A stretch of 16,685 bases of DNA from Promethearchaeati archaeon (GTDB lineage: Archaea > Asgardarchaeota > Heimdallarchaeia > JABLTI01): contig JABLTI010000060.1 of NCBI GenBank assembly GCA_013166835.1, forward strand, positions 1 to 16,685. The letters run 5' to 3'. The position numbers and the translations under genes were made by a program. Each line of letters begins with the position of its first letter. The first letter of the stretch is position 1. Shown here one piece after another: positions 1 through 7,689 of the stretch. Under the pieces are notes generated by a model that saw nothing but the letters and a program-made list of their open reading frames with translations, ran no database searches and was not told the DNA's origin.

Positions 1-1298
1 TTGTCATAATCACTTCTAGGTATAAAGAAAAAGTATCCAGTTTCTATTTTTCTTGATCCTCTTTTCGGGTCATCAGGGTGTAATGGTATATCTCTAACTC
101 TTTTTTCAGATAAACCAACAACAAACAAGATAACAGGGTCAGGAACAAAGAAATACCTATTTGAACTTGAATCTATGAGTTTTCTATTTGTTGCTGAAAT
201 TAAACTCCAATCAATATTTGTTGGTTGAGTTGTCATGCCAACTTCTAATGCAATTTGCTTTATTGTTTCGGGTATAATACCTCTTTTCTTCAGTCCTTTA
301 ATAGTCACTAATCTGATATCATCCCAACCCTCGACTTTTCCTTCCTCAACTAATGGGATTATTTTACGTTTAGAAGCTGGACTACCAATAACGTTGAATC
401 TTGCATAATGGAATATGTGTGGTTGTGGTAATAATCCAAGTAATTCCCTTATTTTATTTTGTAATTCTATTCTGGTATCAAATTCTGCACTTCGACCGAC
501 ATGAGTTATTCCACATATTTTATCCTCAATCGCATTTGCAAAATCATACAAAGGCCAAACATTATACTTTCGATTTTGTAGGCAATGAGCATCTTTTCTA
601 ATTGCCAAAATTGCTGGATCACGCATAACTGCATTTTGACTTTGCATATCACCTCTTAACCGCAGGACTATCACACCTTCTCCATACTCACCTTTCAACA
701 TTTTATTCCATTCTTTCATGATTGCATCTGGTTTCTTCTTTGCATGTTCACATGATTGCATCTTTGAACGTAAATCTCTCATTGTTTCAACAGAACAAAT
801 GCAAGTATATGCTTGTCCTTTTTTGATTAATTCTTCTGCTTTTTCATAGAAAATGGGAATATCATTTGACACAATTACTTCTTTACTAGGAGTAAGTCCT
901 AGCCATTCTAGAGATTCTCGATGAGCTTCATAATACTTGATTTCTGCTTGTTTCGGATTAGTATCCTCGAATCTTAGAATAAAGGATCCATCGTATCGAT
1001 TAGCGTAATGATGAGCGAAAAATGCTGTATAGGCATGCCCTAAATGCATTTCACCATTAGGTTCTGGGGCATATCTTGTAACAACTTTTCCTTTTATAGC
1101 ATCTTTTAGTGGAGGTAATTCTCTTACTTTCTTTTCGGTCACTTTTCTCTCGAGGAATTCAGGAGCTATTTTGGTCAATTTCTCAATTTGAGCATCTAAA
1201 GATAACTCATTGAGAGAAGGGATTAGTTCTTCGATAAGATCATTTACCTTCTTTGAATGTGGTCTCATATCTACATGAGTTGCCATGATTTTTTGCAT
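1..1298 (-). CDS. gltX: Glutamyl-tRNA synthetase, archaeal/eukaryotic type. Partial: the C-terminus runs off the left window edge. The start is uncertain; the first in-frame ATG is at 1296-1298, but homology continues up to 1382.
   Basis: Hand translation of the minus strand (not in the ORF track because it has no stop in the window). It gives ...KKIKDLIQKYGLENAIKHNGKANDKAVMQKIMA... (the N-terminal helical domain typical of archaeal GluRS), then VVTRYAPEPNGEMHLGHA (HIGH-type motif), ILRFEDTNP, and WPLYDFANAIED. The frame was verified at positions 1035-1052 and 1296-1385. Confidence 0.85.
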   Translation of the reverse strand, partial: MQKIMATHVDMRPHSKKVNDLIEELIPSLNELSLDAQIEKLTKIAPEFLERKVTEKKVRELPPLKDAIKGKVVTRYAPEPNGEMHLGHAYTAFFAHHYANRYDGSFILRFEDTNPKQAEIKYYEAHRESLEWLGLTPSKEVIVSNDIPIFYEKAEELIKKGQAYTCICSVETMRDLRSKMQSCEHAKKKPDAIMKEWNKMLKGEYGEGVIVLRLRGDMQSQNAVMRDPAILAIRKDAHCLQNRKYNVWPLYDFANAIEDKICGITHVGRSAEFDTRIELQNKIRELLGLLPQPHIFHYARFNVIGSPASKRKIIPLVEEGKVEGWDDIRLVTIKGLKKRGIIPETIKQIALEVGMTTQPTNIDWSLISATNRKLIDSSSNRYFFVPDPVILFVVGLSEKRVRDIPLHPDDPKRGSRKIETGYFFFIPRSDYD

Positions 1299-1549
1299 TA
1301 CTGCTTTATCATTTGCTTTACCATTATGCTTGATTGCGTTTTCTAGACCGTATTTTTGAATTAAATCTTTGATTTTTTTCTCTACATTATCTGACAAAGT
1401 TTGACCATTCCTTTTTTTCGAGTTTGTGTTATCAAAAATCGATATTAATGAATATTTAAAGTATTCTTCTGATTAAGCTATCAAAATAGATTCTTATAAA
1501 TGAACTGCTAAAAAATAAGAAAAAAGAAAGTTATACTCAAGAGCACAAA

Positions 1550-2242
1550 TCATTTCTTCTTCAAAATTATCCGAGCATCTACTCCAAAAACGCCATCTTC
1601 ATTAGCGATTATTGGGTTAAGATCAATTTCTTTAATGTAATCTTCTAAATCAATTGCTAATTTCGAAACCTTTACTATCATCTCAGCTAATGCATCTCTA
1701 TTTACAGGCGGTAATCCTCTGAATCCATTGAGCATTTTTTGTGTTTTTATTTCATTAATCATTCGTAGAGCTCGTTCTTTTGTTGTAGGACACAACCTAA
1801 ATGTTACATCGCTAATTATTTCAACCAATACTCCACCGATTCCAAATGCAACTACTGGACCAAAGGTAGGATCAATATTCATACCAATTATTAATTCAGT
1901 TCCTTTCTTCACTTGTTTCTCAATTAGAATGCCCACCAAATCATATTTTGCGAGTCTTTTTTTCATATCGTCAAACTTTGCTTTCAGATCACTATCATCA
2001 TTTATTCCAATAACAACTGCTTTGTAATCTGATTTGTGCAAGATTTTTGATGACATGGCTTTTATAACAACAGGATATCCAACTTTCTTTGCGAAGGTTA
2101 ATGCTTCCTTAGTATTGTTCACTAATGCATTGGGTGGAAATGTTATACCTACACTTTCAAAGATTTTCAAAGCTTCATGTTCTAGAAGAAAATCTCTGCC
2201 TTCTTTGTATGCTACATCTATTGATTTACTATCAATTTTCAT
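1550..2242 (-). CDS. acdB: ADP-forming acetyl-CoA synthetase (acetate-CoA ligase, ADP-forming), beta subunit (ATP-grasp domain)
   Basis: 230 aa, matching the size and sequence pattern of Pyrococcus-type ACD beta (LLEHEALKIF..., GYPVVIKA, IDLNPI). It lies 14 nt downstream of the alpha subunit. An AAGGTGA Shine-Dalgarno-like element precedes the ATG. Confidence 0.85.
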   Translation of the reverse strand: MKIDSKSIDVAYKEGRDFLLEHEALKIFESVGITFPPNALVNNTKEALTFAKKVGYPVVIKAMSSKILHKSDYKAVVIGINDDSDLKAKFDDMKKRLAKYDLVGILIEKQVKKGTELIIGMNIDPTFGPVVAFGIGGVLVEIISDVTFRLCPTTKERALRMINEIKTQKMLNGFRGLPPVNRDALAEMIVKVSKLAIDLEDYIKEIDLNPIIANEDGVFGVDARIILKKK

Positions 2243-2256
2243 TTCTCTTTCACCTT

Positions 2257-3684
2257 CTACTTTGGAATCTCTCTTATGATTGGCAGCTTTTGTCCGTGAT
2301 CCCGGAGATAGTCTGCATACTCAGTTAGTTTATCTATCCCATAGATTGCTCTTGCAGGAGTGGGATAAAATGGAAAGTTCATTTGTTCTAATTCTTCTCG
2401 AATATAAACCGCTTCTGCTCCACCAAGAGCGCAAAAAGTGATGGTTTTGTTCATTGTTTTCGCGTAGGGTTTCAATCCTTCCATTAGGTCTTTCACGTTG
2501 ATTGCTGGAGGTGTTGGAATGATAATATATGTTATAGAATCAATATTAGGATCATCCTTCGTTTGCTCTAAAGAGTAAATGTACTCTTTTGCTGTTGCAC
2601 TTCCAGTTAAATCAATTGGATTTTCAACAGAGAAAAATGCAGGTAAGTCCTCCTTCATCTTATTGTGAATGGTGGGAGATATTTTCGCTAATTCTAAACC
2701 TAATTCACCAACGGAATCAGAAGCCATAACTCCAGCTCCTCCTCCATCAGTAATTATTAGAACTCGATTTCCTTCGGGTAACAAAGAACTATTGAAAGCA
2801 ACCATACAATCAAATAATTCGTCCCAAGTATACACACGTATAATTCCTGCTTCTCTAAATAAAGCGTCAGTTACAGCATCATTTGCAGCAAGAGAAGCTG
2901 TATGACTAGCAACTGCTTGAGCTCCTGCTTTGTTTCGGTTTGCTTTTATCGCTATGATTGGTTTCTTCAAAGAAACTTTTCTCGCAGCTTCTATGAATCT
3001 TTTTCCTTCATTAAAACCTTCCAAGTAAGCCAGAATAATTTTTGTTTCAGGATCATCTCCGAAATATTCTAAGATGTCTGCTTCATTGATGTCCGAGGCA
3101 TTCCCATAGCTAACGAATTTTGATAGGTAGTTACCATTCCCAAGAGTACCCATAATATCTAGAAATGCGGATCCAAAAGCACCACTTTGTGTAAGAATAG
3201 ATATACCGCCATTTTTAGGTCTTGTCAATTTACTTTCAGGCAAAAAGACCATATCAATTCCCCTTTTGGGATAAAAAAGCCCAATACAATTTGGACCAAC
3301 TATTCTAATGTTGTTTTCCTTGGCGATTTCATCAATTCGTTTTTGAAGATTCTTCCCTTCTTCGCCAATCTCCTTAAATCCGCCGGTGATTATTACAACG
3401 GATTTTATTCCCTTTTTAGCACAATCCTCAATAGAAGAAGGTACGTATTTTGCTGGTACAATAATTACGGCTTCTTCTACTGGATCATCAAAATCAAGCA
3501 CTGATTTGTACACGGGTTGTCCTAGAATTTCTCCTCCTTTAGGATTTATCAGATACGTTTTACCTTCAAAATTCTTTATGAAATTCTCTGCAATCACATA
3601 ACCTGGTTTATCAGTAGCAGATGAAGCACCAAAAATTGCTATGCTTTTCGCTTCGAAAAAGCTTTGTAACGGGTTTTTAACCAT
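2257..3684 (-). CDS. acdA: ADP-forming acetyl-CoA synthetase, alpha subunit (CoA-binding and succinyl-CoA-synthetase-like domains)
   Basis: 475 aa, colinear with my recalled P. furiosus AcdA sequence. Matches include FEAKSIAIFGAS..KPGY, VIIVPAKYVP, the phosphohistidine loop AVASHTASLA, and LIITDGGGAGVMA. Confidence 0.9.
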   Translation of the reverse strand: MVKNPLQSFFEAKSIAIFGASSATDKPGYVIAENFIKNFEGKTYLINPKGGEILGQPVYKSVLDFDDPVEEAVIIVPAKYVPSSIEDCAKKGIKSVVIITGGFKEIGEEGKNLQKRIDEIAKENNIRIVGPNCIGLFYPKRGIDMVFLPESKLTRPKNGGISILTQSGAFGSAFLDIMGTLGNGNYLSKFVSYGNASDINEADILEYFGDDPETKIILAYLEGFNEGKRFIEAARKVSLKKPIIAIKANRNKAGAQAVASHTASLAANDAVTDALFREAGIIRVYTWDELFDCMVAFNSSLLPEGNRVLIITDGGGAGVMASDSVGELGLELAKISPTIHNKMKEDLPAFFSVENPIDLTGSATAKEYIYSLEQTKDDPNIDSITYIIIPTPPAINVKDLMEGLKPYAKTMNKTITFCALGGAEAVYIREELEQMNFPFYPTPARAIYGIDKLTEYADYLRDHGQKLPIIREIPK

Positions 3685-3943
3685 TTTTATTATACACTCA
3701 CAGTGGTAATAATTCTAAACTTTCAGCTAAATTTATCTTCCCGTTCCATTATTTTTTTATCTCTTTTAAGACTTTTTGAGAGTAGGTAATAGTTCTGGAA
3801 TATTTCATGTGTTATTTTTCCTTAAATTAATTCTTTTGGTGAACCCTCTCTATTATCAACACCTTTAGGTTTGGAAACAAATTTTTGAGATTATCCAATA
3901 AAGTATATGAGTGTAAATTGTTAATATTCGGTAGTGATGGCAG

Positions 3944-4747
3944 ATGAATGAAGTAATTCAAGCTTTAGAGAAAATAAGAAAGGAGTTCAAAGGAAAAGTA
4001 GGAGAAAATGCGGGAATTATTATTGGTGAGGATTGGTTACATAAATCGAAAACAAAAATTAAGAAATGTATAATCTCAGCAAGGCTTACACGTAAAGTTG
4101 TTGCTACTGCTGCTAAAGAAGATGTTCAATTAATCATTACTATTTTTCCACCAATTTTTACTCAAGGGAGTCATAGGAAAATCAGTAAAGAACACCTTGA
4201 CCTATTAAAGATTTTATTAGAGAATAGCATAAGTGTTTATTCTCTTGGCGAGGATTGGTTGAACACAGAAAATGGTGGATTTGATTATCTATTAAATCTT
4301 CTCGATTTCCAATATACATCACCTTTGGTTATAGAGTATCAAAACAAACATAAGAATAACGAAAAGAAAACTGGTCGATTGGGTGAACGAAAAAAGAAAA
4401 TCTTATATAATGAATTACTAGAATTACTCAGACAACACATTAGTAATGATTTACGTTATTTAGGGTATAGTCAAGCTAAGGTGCAAAAAATAGCTTTCTT
4501 CTATGAAATTAGGAATGAATTAATGGAAATCGTAAATGAGCTCAATTTGGATGTTCTTCTTGTTGGTGAAGCAACTTATGAGGGATTACTTACAGCTCAA
4601 CTCCAAAAAACACCAACAGTGATTTTAGAAAAAAGAAATCTTGAGAATGCTGTTCTTGCTAGTATAAGAAGAAAATTGATGGAAGAAGTTGCAGTTGACC
4701 TTCCAGAAATAATTATTCTGAAACAGGATAAAATAGGAACAAATTGA
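3944..4747 (+). CDS. NIF3 (YbgI/DUF34)-fold protein with the conserved metal-binding histidines substituted
   Basis: 267 aa, colinear by eye with E. coli YbgI. LIITIFPPIF aligns with AVIVHHGYFW, SVYSLGEDWLNTENGGFDYLLNLL with [25 protein letters not shown], and DVLLVGEATYE...ILEKRNLE with DAFITGEVSE...AAGHHATE. Confidence 0.55.
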   Translation: MNEVIQALEKIRKEFKGKVGENAGIIIGEDWLHKSKTKIKKCIISARLTRKVVATAAKEDVQLIITIFPPIFTQGSHRKISKEHLDLLKILLENSISVYSLGEDWLNTENGGFDYLLNLLDFQYTSPLVIEYQNKHKNNEKKTGRLGERKKKILYNELLELLRQHISNDLRYLGYSQAKVQKIAFFYEIRNELMEIVNELNLDVLLVGEATYEGLLTAQLQKTPTVILEKRNLENAVLASIRRKLMEEVAVDLPEIIILKQDKIGTN

Positions 4748-4761
4748 AATTTTACTTGTTT

Positions 4762-5673
4762 CTAATCAACTGCTTTCTGTAGCACTTCTACAATTTGATC
4801 TGTTTCAATTAGCATTTGTCCTAATCTGGGTCTTCTTTTGCTTAACCCAATAAAGACACAATTTTCATTAACTGCTTTGAAAACCATGAAGCTCTTCTTT
4901 TTCATTTGTAAAATCGTAGAGCTGACTTCATCATCTTGATCGAGTTCATCTGAAATTCTACTAACAGAATCCAACATCACATTAGCAGCAATTTCAACAA
5001 TTTGAGGTAATTCGCCTGCATCGTAAATTGGTAATCCATCTTTAGAGTAAACTGCCACGCCTAAGAATGACGAACCTCGGAGAGAACGTTTAAGGAATTG
5101 CTTAATGGGAATTTGATCATCCACTTCCTTCATTAAGACATCCTTAAAAGCATAAAAAGTAGAGGCGTCGTAGATACTGGTTTCATGTATAATAACCTCT
5201 GATCCTTCATCTATGAACAAATTCTTTGTAGCTCGAATATAATCGGAAATATTTTCTTGCTCTGCCATTTTATCGATTTTGTTCAATAGTAAGTAAATTC
5301 TAGCATCAGAACTGAATTTTCGTAAATGTTTCACTAGAGCATCAAACCAATATTTTGCCATTGAAAACTTTGATTGTTCGTTTATATCCAATACGAAAAC
5401 TAGAGCTTCGACGTGTTTGTATATCGGATCACGGTCACTTGAAATCACGTCTTGAATTGAATACTCACCACCGCATCTCACAACGAGAACTTTCCTTTGC
5501 AAAAGATCTCTCATTGTATTCCCAACATCAAGCTTTTCCATAACAGCTTTTAGTTCTGTAGGAGGAGTATTATCAACAACAACTGCTTTTATTGTTCGTA
5601 AACCGGCTCCGGGAAGACCGGCAATAAGTATCTTTTTTGGTTCTTCTTCATAAGTCGACAAGGAACTCACCAA
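4762..5673 (-). CDS. Rag/Gtr1-family small GTPase-like protein with a C-terminal roadblock/LC7 domain. G1 and G3 motifs are degenerate. The start is non-ATG (TTG at 5671-5673 or GTG at 5668-5670).
   Basis: By-eye alignment to human RagA. KKILIAGLPGAGLRT aligns with KKVLLMGKSGSGKTS, VVRCGGE with LWDCGGQ, LLLNKID with CLVHKMD, and ETSIYDASTFYAF with RTSIWDETLYKAW. The C-terminal about 115 aa (FLGVAVYSKDGLPIYDAG...VFIGLSKRRPRLGQM) has the roadblock/MglB pattern. Total length of 303 aa is close to Rag proteins. Confidence 0.75.
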   Translation of the reverse strand: MVSSLSTYEEEPKKILIAGLPGAGLRTIKAVVVDNTPPTELKAVMEKLDVGNTMRDLLQRKVLVVRCGGEYSIQDVISSDRDPIYKHVEALVFVLDINEQSKFSMAKYWFDALVKHLRKFSSDARIYLLLNKIDKMAEQENISDYIRATKNLFIDEGSEVIIHETSIYDASTFYAFKDVLMKEVDDQIPIKQFLKRSLRGSSFLGVAVYSKDGLPIYDAGELPQIVEIAANVMLDSVSRISDELDQDDEVSSTILQMKKKSFMVFKAVNENCVFIGLSKRRPRLGQMLIETDQIVEVLQKAVD

Positions 5674-5723
5674 GCCAAAATTAAGCTAACTTTCTTACTG
5701 TTATAGCGTTAAGCTAAAAAAAG

Positions 5724-5784
5724 ATTTGTGAAAAGGAAAAAGAAAACGAAAAGAAAAACAGGTGTTCAGCTACTAGAGCTGAAC
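5724..5784 (-). terminator. Putative terminator downstream of the ESCRT-III gene: a perfect 8-bp hairpin followed by repeated oligo-T tracts
   Basis: GTTCAGCT (5764-5771) and AGCTGAAC (5777-5784) pair around a 5-nt loop, starting 15 nt past the stop at 5799-5801. On the minus strand it is followed by CCTGTTTTTCTTTTCGTTTTCTTTTTCCTTTTC. Oligo-T tracts are the known archaeal termination signal. Confidence 0.4.
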
Positions 5785-5798
5785 TTTAAGAAAAACAA

Positions 5799-6407
5799 TT
5801 ATTCCTTATCTTCTCGAAGTTTTTCTATTTCTTTGGCTAATTCTGTAGAACGAATATCTGGAGTTGGTAAACCTGTTTCAGCACCAAGACCGATTTCAGT
5901 GCCAATTTCGCCCATGATTTTATCAACTTCAGTTTCATCAACATCGAGGGACATCATGTTTTCAAAATCTTCATCCATCATATCAGTTGTCATTTCGATG
6001 CCTTCGAATGAATTTTCAAGGTCCTCAACTAATGCAGAAATTTCAGGAGCGTTCAAACTCGCATTTACTTCTCGTAAAGCGCCAGCCATTCCTTTCAATT
6101 CCCCTGCTAATTGCTGGACAGAATCAGCTTGCTCTAATCTAAAAATAATGCCTTCAATTCTTGTTGTGAGTCGAGTGTAACTGTACACCCATTTTCTATT
6201 TCTAGCCACATTTGAGGCATATAATCTTGCTTGATCCATTAAGCCTTTTCTCATTGCATCTCGAGTCTTTCTTTGCAATTTCTGCTCATCAGTTTCAAGC
6301 TTCTTAGAAGATCGAGCTAGTCGTTTATTAACCATTTTGAGATCGATGATATAATCTCTAGTATTTTTTCCGCCACCTAGCCATCTGACAAATTTTCCGA
6401 ATACCAT
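5799..6407 (-). CDS. ESCRT-III family protein of the CHMP1/Did2 (Vps2/24/46, ESCRT-IIIB) type, with a C-terminal MIM1-like helix
   Basis: 202 aa, colinear by eye with human CHMP1B. DLKMVNKRLARSSKKLETDEQKLQRKTRDAMRKGLMDQARLYASNVARNRK aligns with [51 protein letters not shown], and EISALVEDLENSFEGIEMTTDMMDE with KISALMDKFEHQFETLDVQTQQMED. The C-terminal ELAKEIEKLRE aligns with ELSQRLARLRD. Confidence 0.85.
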   Translation of the reverse strand: MVFGKFVRWLGGGKNTRDYIIDLKMVNKRLARSSKKLETDEQKLQRKTRDAMRKGLMDQARLYASNVARNRKWVYSYTRLTTRIEGIIFRLEQADSVQQLAGELKGMAGALREVNASLNAPEISALVEDLENSFEGIEMTTDMMDEDFENMMSLDVDETEVDKIMGEIGTEIGLGAETGLPTPDIRSTELAKEIEKLREDKE

Positions 6408-6637
6408 TTTTTTTCTAACCTACTTTTTTCTTTTAACAAATAACAATACTTTCACTAAAAAAAAGCTTTCTTAATTGACTATTTATTACATCGATTTTTC
6501 TAAGCTTTTCTTAGTTCTATGACCTATTCTAAAATATATTTTATAAACAGTATATTTTTATCTTTGTATTCAGACCAAACTGTTTAGGAAAAGGCTGGAT
6601 ACGTAATTGGGATGAGTATTAGTTCAAATAAACAAAA

Positions 6638-7549
6638 ATGAACTACTTGAAAAAATACTATAAGAAAACCCTTTTAGCATTGTTTTCTCTTTTACTATAT
6701 ATCAAAATTATTGGAGCTTTTACAAAAATGGTCAAGCCAGGTTCTATTATCGGTGGTTTTGTTATTGCGCTTTCTGTAGCAATTCAGGTTATCACTCTGG
6801 TAGAGATCGCTCATTACTATTGGTTATTATTCATTTGGGTAGCCGGACTTATTGCAGGTGTCACGTATGTTTTAGGGGGAATGGCATTTGACACAGATAA
6901 AATGGAGTATTATACTACCTCAGGTATCAGTCTTGGTGCTATAGGTGCACTTACAGCTTATTTCGCTCTCTTTCAAGGTGAATCAATTTTCTATTCCTTG
7001 ACTGATCTTATTCCCGCGAATCAATCAATAATGGTTGGATGGACTTTTGGTGCGATTGGATTATCAACCATTGCATCATTTCTCGTGGCAATAGCACCTT
7101 TATTCATAGTAGCTGGTGCGGGGAAGCAACTGAAAGGAGTTAAACCAGGTGCAATAATTGGTGGCATTCTTATTTGTGGCTCTTTAGCTTTGCAAGTTAT
7201 TACTGTTGTTCATTTTGCTCATTATTATTGGCTCCTTGTTTTCTGGTTCATTGGTTTACTTGGTGCAATATCCCTTGCTATTGGTGCCCGTTCTAAATGG
7301 GGATACAGTAGTACAGAAGCTTTAGTTACCGCTGGAGTTTTTATTGGCATCTTATTAGTACTGGTTATTTGGTGGACTGTTTCTCCACAAATGATAGGTA
7401 ATATACTTGCGAAAACAACCACAGTTACAAATCCTCTGGGATCAGGTAATATGCCAGCTATTCTGCCGACAGTCTTCTCGTTTGTTGCTGGTGTTGTAGG
7501 CTTCTTTGGAATCCTATTTTGCGCGGCTTCTGATAAGCGAAGATTTTAA
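6638..7549 (+). CDS. Polytopic integral membrane protein of unknown function, with an internal tandem duplication
   Basis: 303 aa, almost entirely hydrophobic segments. A conserved block VKPG[SA]IIGG...QVIT.V..AHYYWLL..W..GL occurs twice. A T-rich tract follows the stop. Confidence 0.7.
   Translation: MNYLKKYYKKTLLALFSLLLYIKIIGAFTKMVKPGSIIGGFVIALSVAIQVITLVEIAHYYWLLFIWVAGLIAGVTYVLGGMAFDTDKMEYYTTSGISLGAIGALTAYFALFQGESIFYSLTDLIPANQSIMVGWTFGAIGLSTIASFLVAIAPLFIVAGAGKQLKGVKPGAIIGGILICGSLALQVITVVHFAHYYWLLVFWFIGLLGAISLAIGARSKWGYSSTEALVTAGVFIGILLVLVIWWTVSPQMIGNILAKTTTVTNPLGSGNMPAILPTVFSFVAGVVGFFGILFCAASDKRRF
6731..7285 (+). repeat. Intragenic duplication: repeat cores at 6731-6877 and 7139-7285 encode homologous membrane modules of about 49 aa
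   Basis: By-eye alignment of aa 32-80 against aa 168-216 gives about 27 identical positions of 49. The DNA copies have diverged mostly at synonymous or conservative positions, so the duplication is old and not an assembly artefact. Confidence 0.7.
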
Positions 7550-7689
7550 TCTTCACTTTTTTTCTTTTATTTTTGATTTTTCTTGTTTCCAGTTTGCTAA
7601 TTTAACAAAGGTCTTAAAAGGAATCCGAATTTATCACATACGTATTATTTATTACACAATCTTTGTTAGGAATTGCGTGAGGAAAAGAA

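Noticed and set aside
401-601. Plus-strand 66-aa ORF
   Set aside because: It is antisense to the GluRS coding region, which has strong motif support. Its hydrophobic, low-complexity translation gives no independent evidence.
1383-1388. Possibility that the ATG-TAG upstream of GluRS reflects TAG recoding (for example pyrrolysine) or read-through
   Set aside because: TAG terminates nine other CDSs in this window at homology-consistent C-termini. Reassignment is therefore very unlikely, and a homopolymer indel explains the locus better.
1728-3601. Plus-strand ORFs 1728-2027, 2034-2279, 2125-2328, 2669-2905, 3187-3504 and 3386-3601
   Set aside because: All lie antisense inside the well-supported acdB and acdA genes. 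Their translations are low-complexity (runs of F/I/S/L) with no recognisable motifs. They are shadow ORFs typical of AT-rich DNA.
5681-5717. 9-bp direct repeat TTAAGCTAA at 5681-5689 and 5709-5717, in the spacer upstream of the Rag-like gene (possible operator pair)
   Set aside because: The repeat is short, AT-rich and seen only twice. Chance occurrence in a low-GC spacer cannot be excluded without comparative data, so it is noted only as part of the putative promoter region.
5355-6180. Plus-strand ORFs 5355-5543 and 5728-6180
   Set aside because: They are antisense to the Rag-like GTPase and ESCRT-III genes. The 150-aa ORF is serine-rich and low-complexity, and it starts inside the oligo-A/T terminator region.
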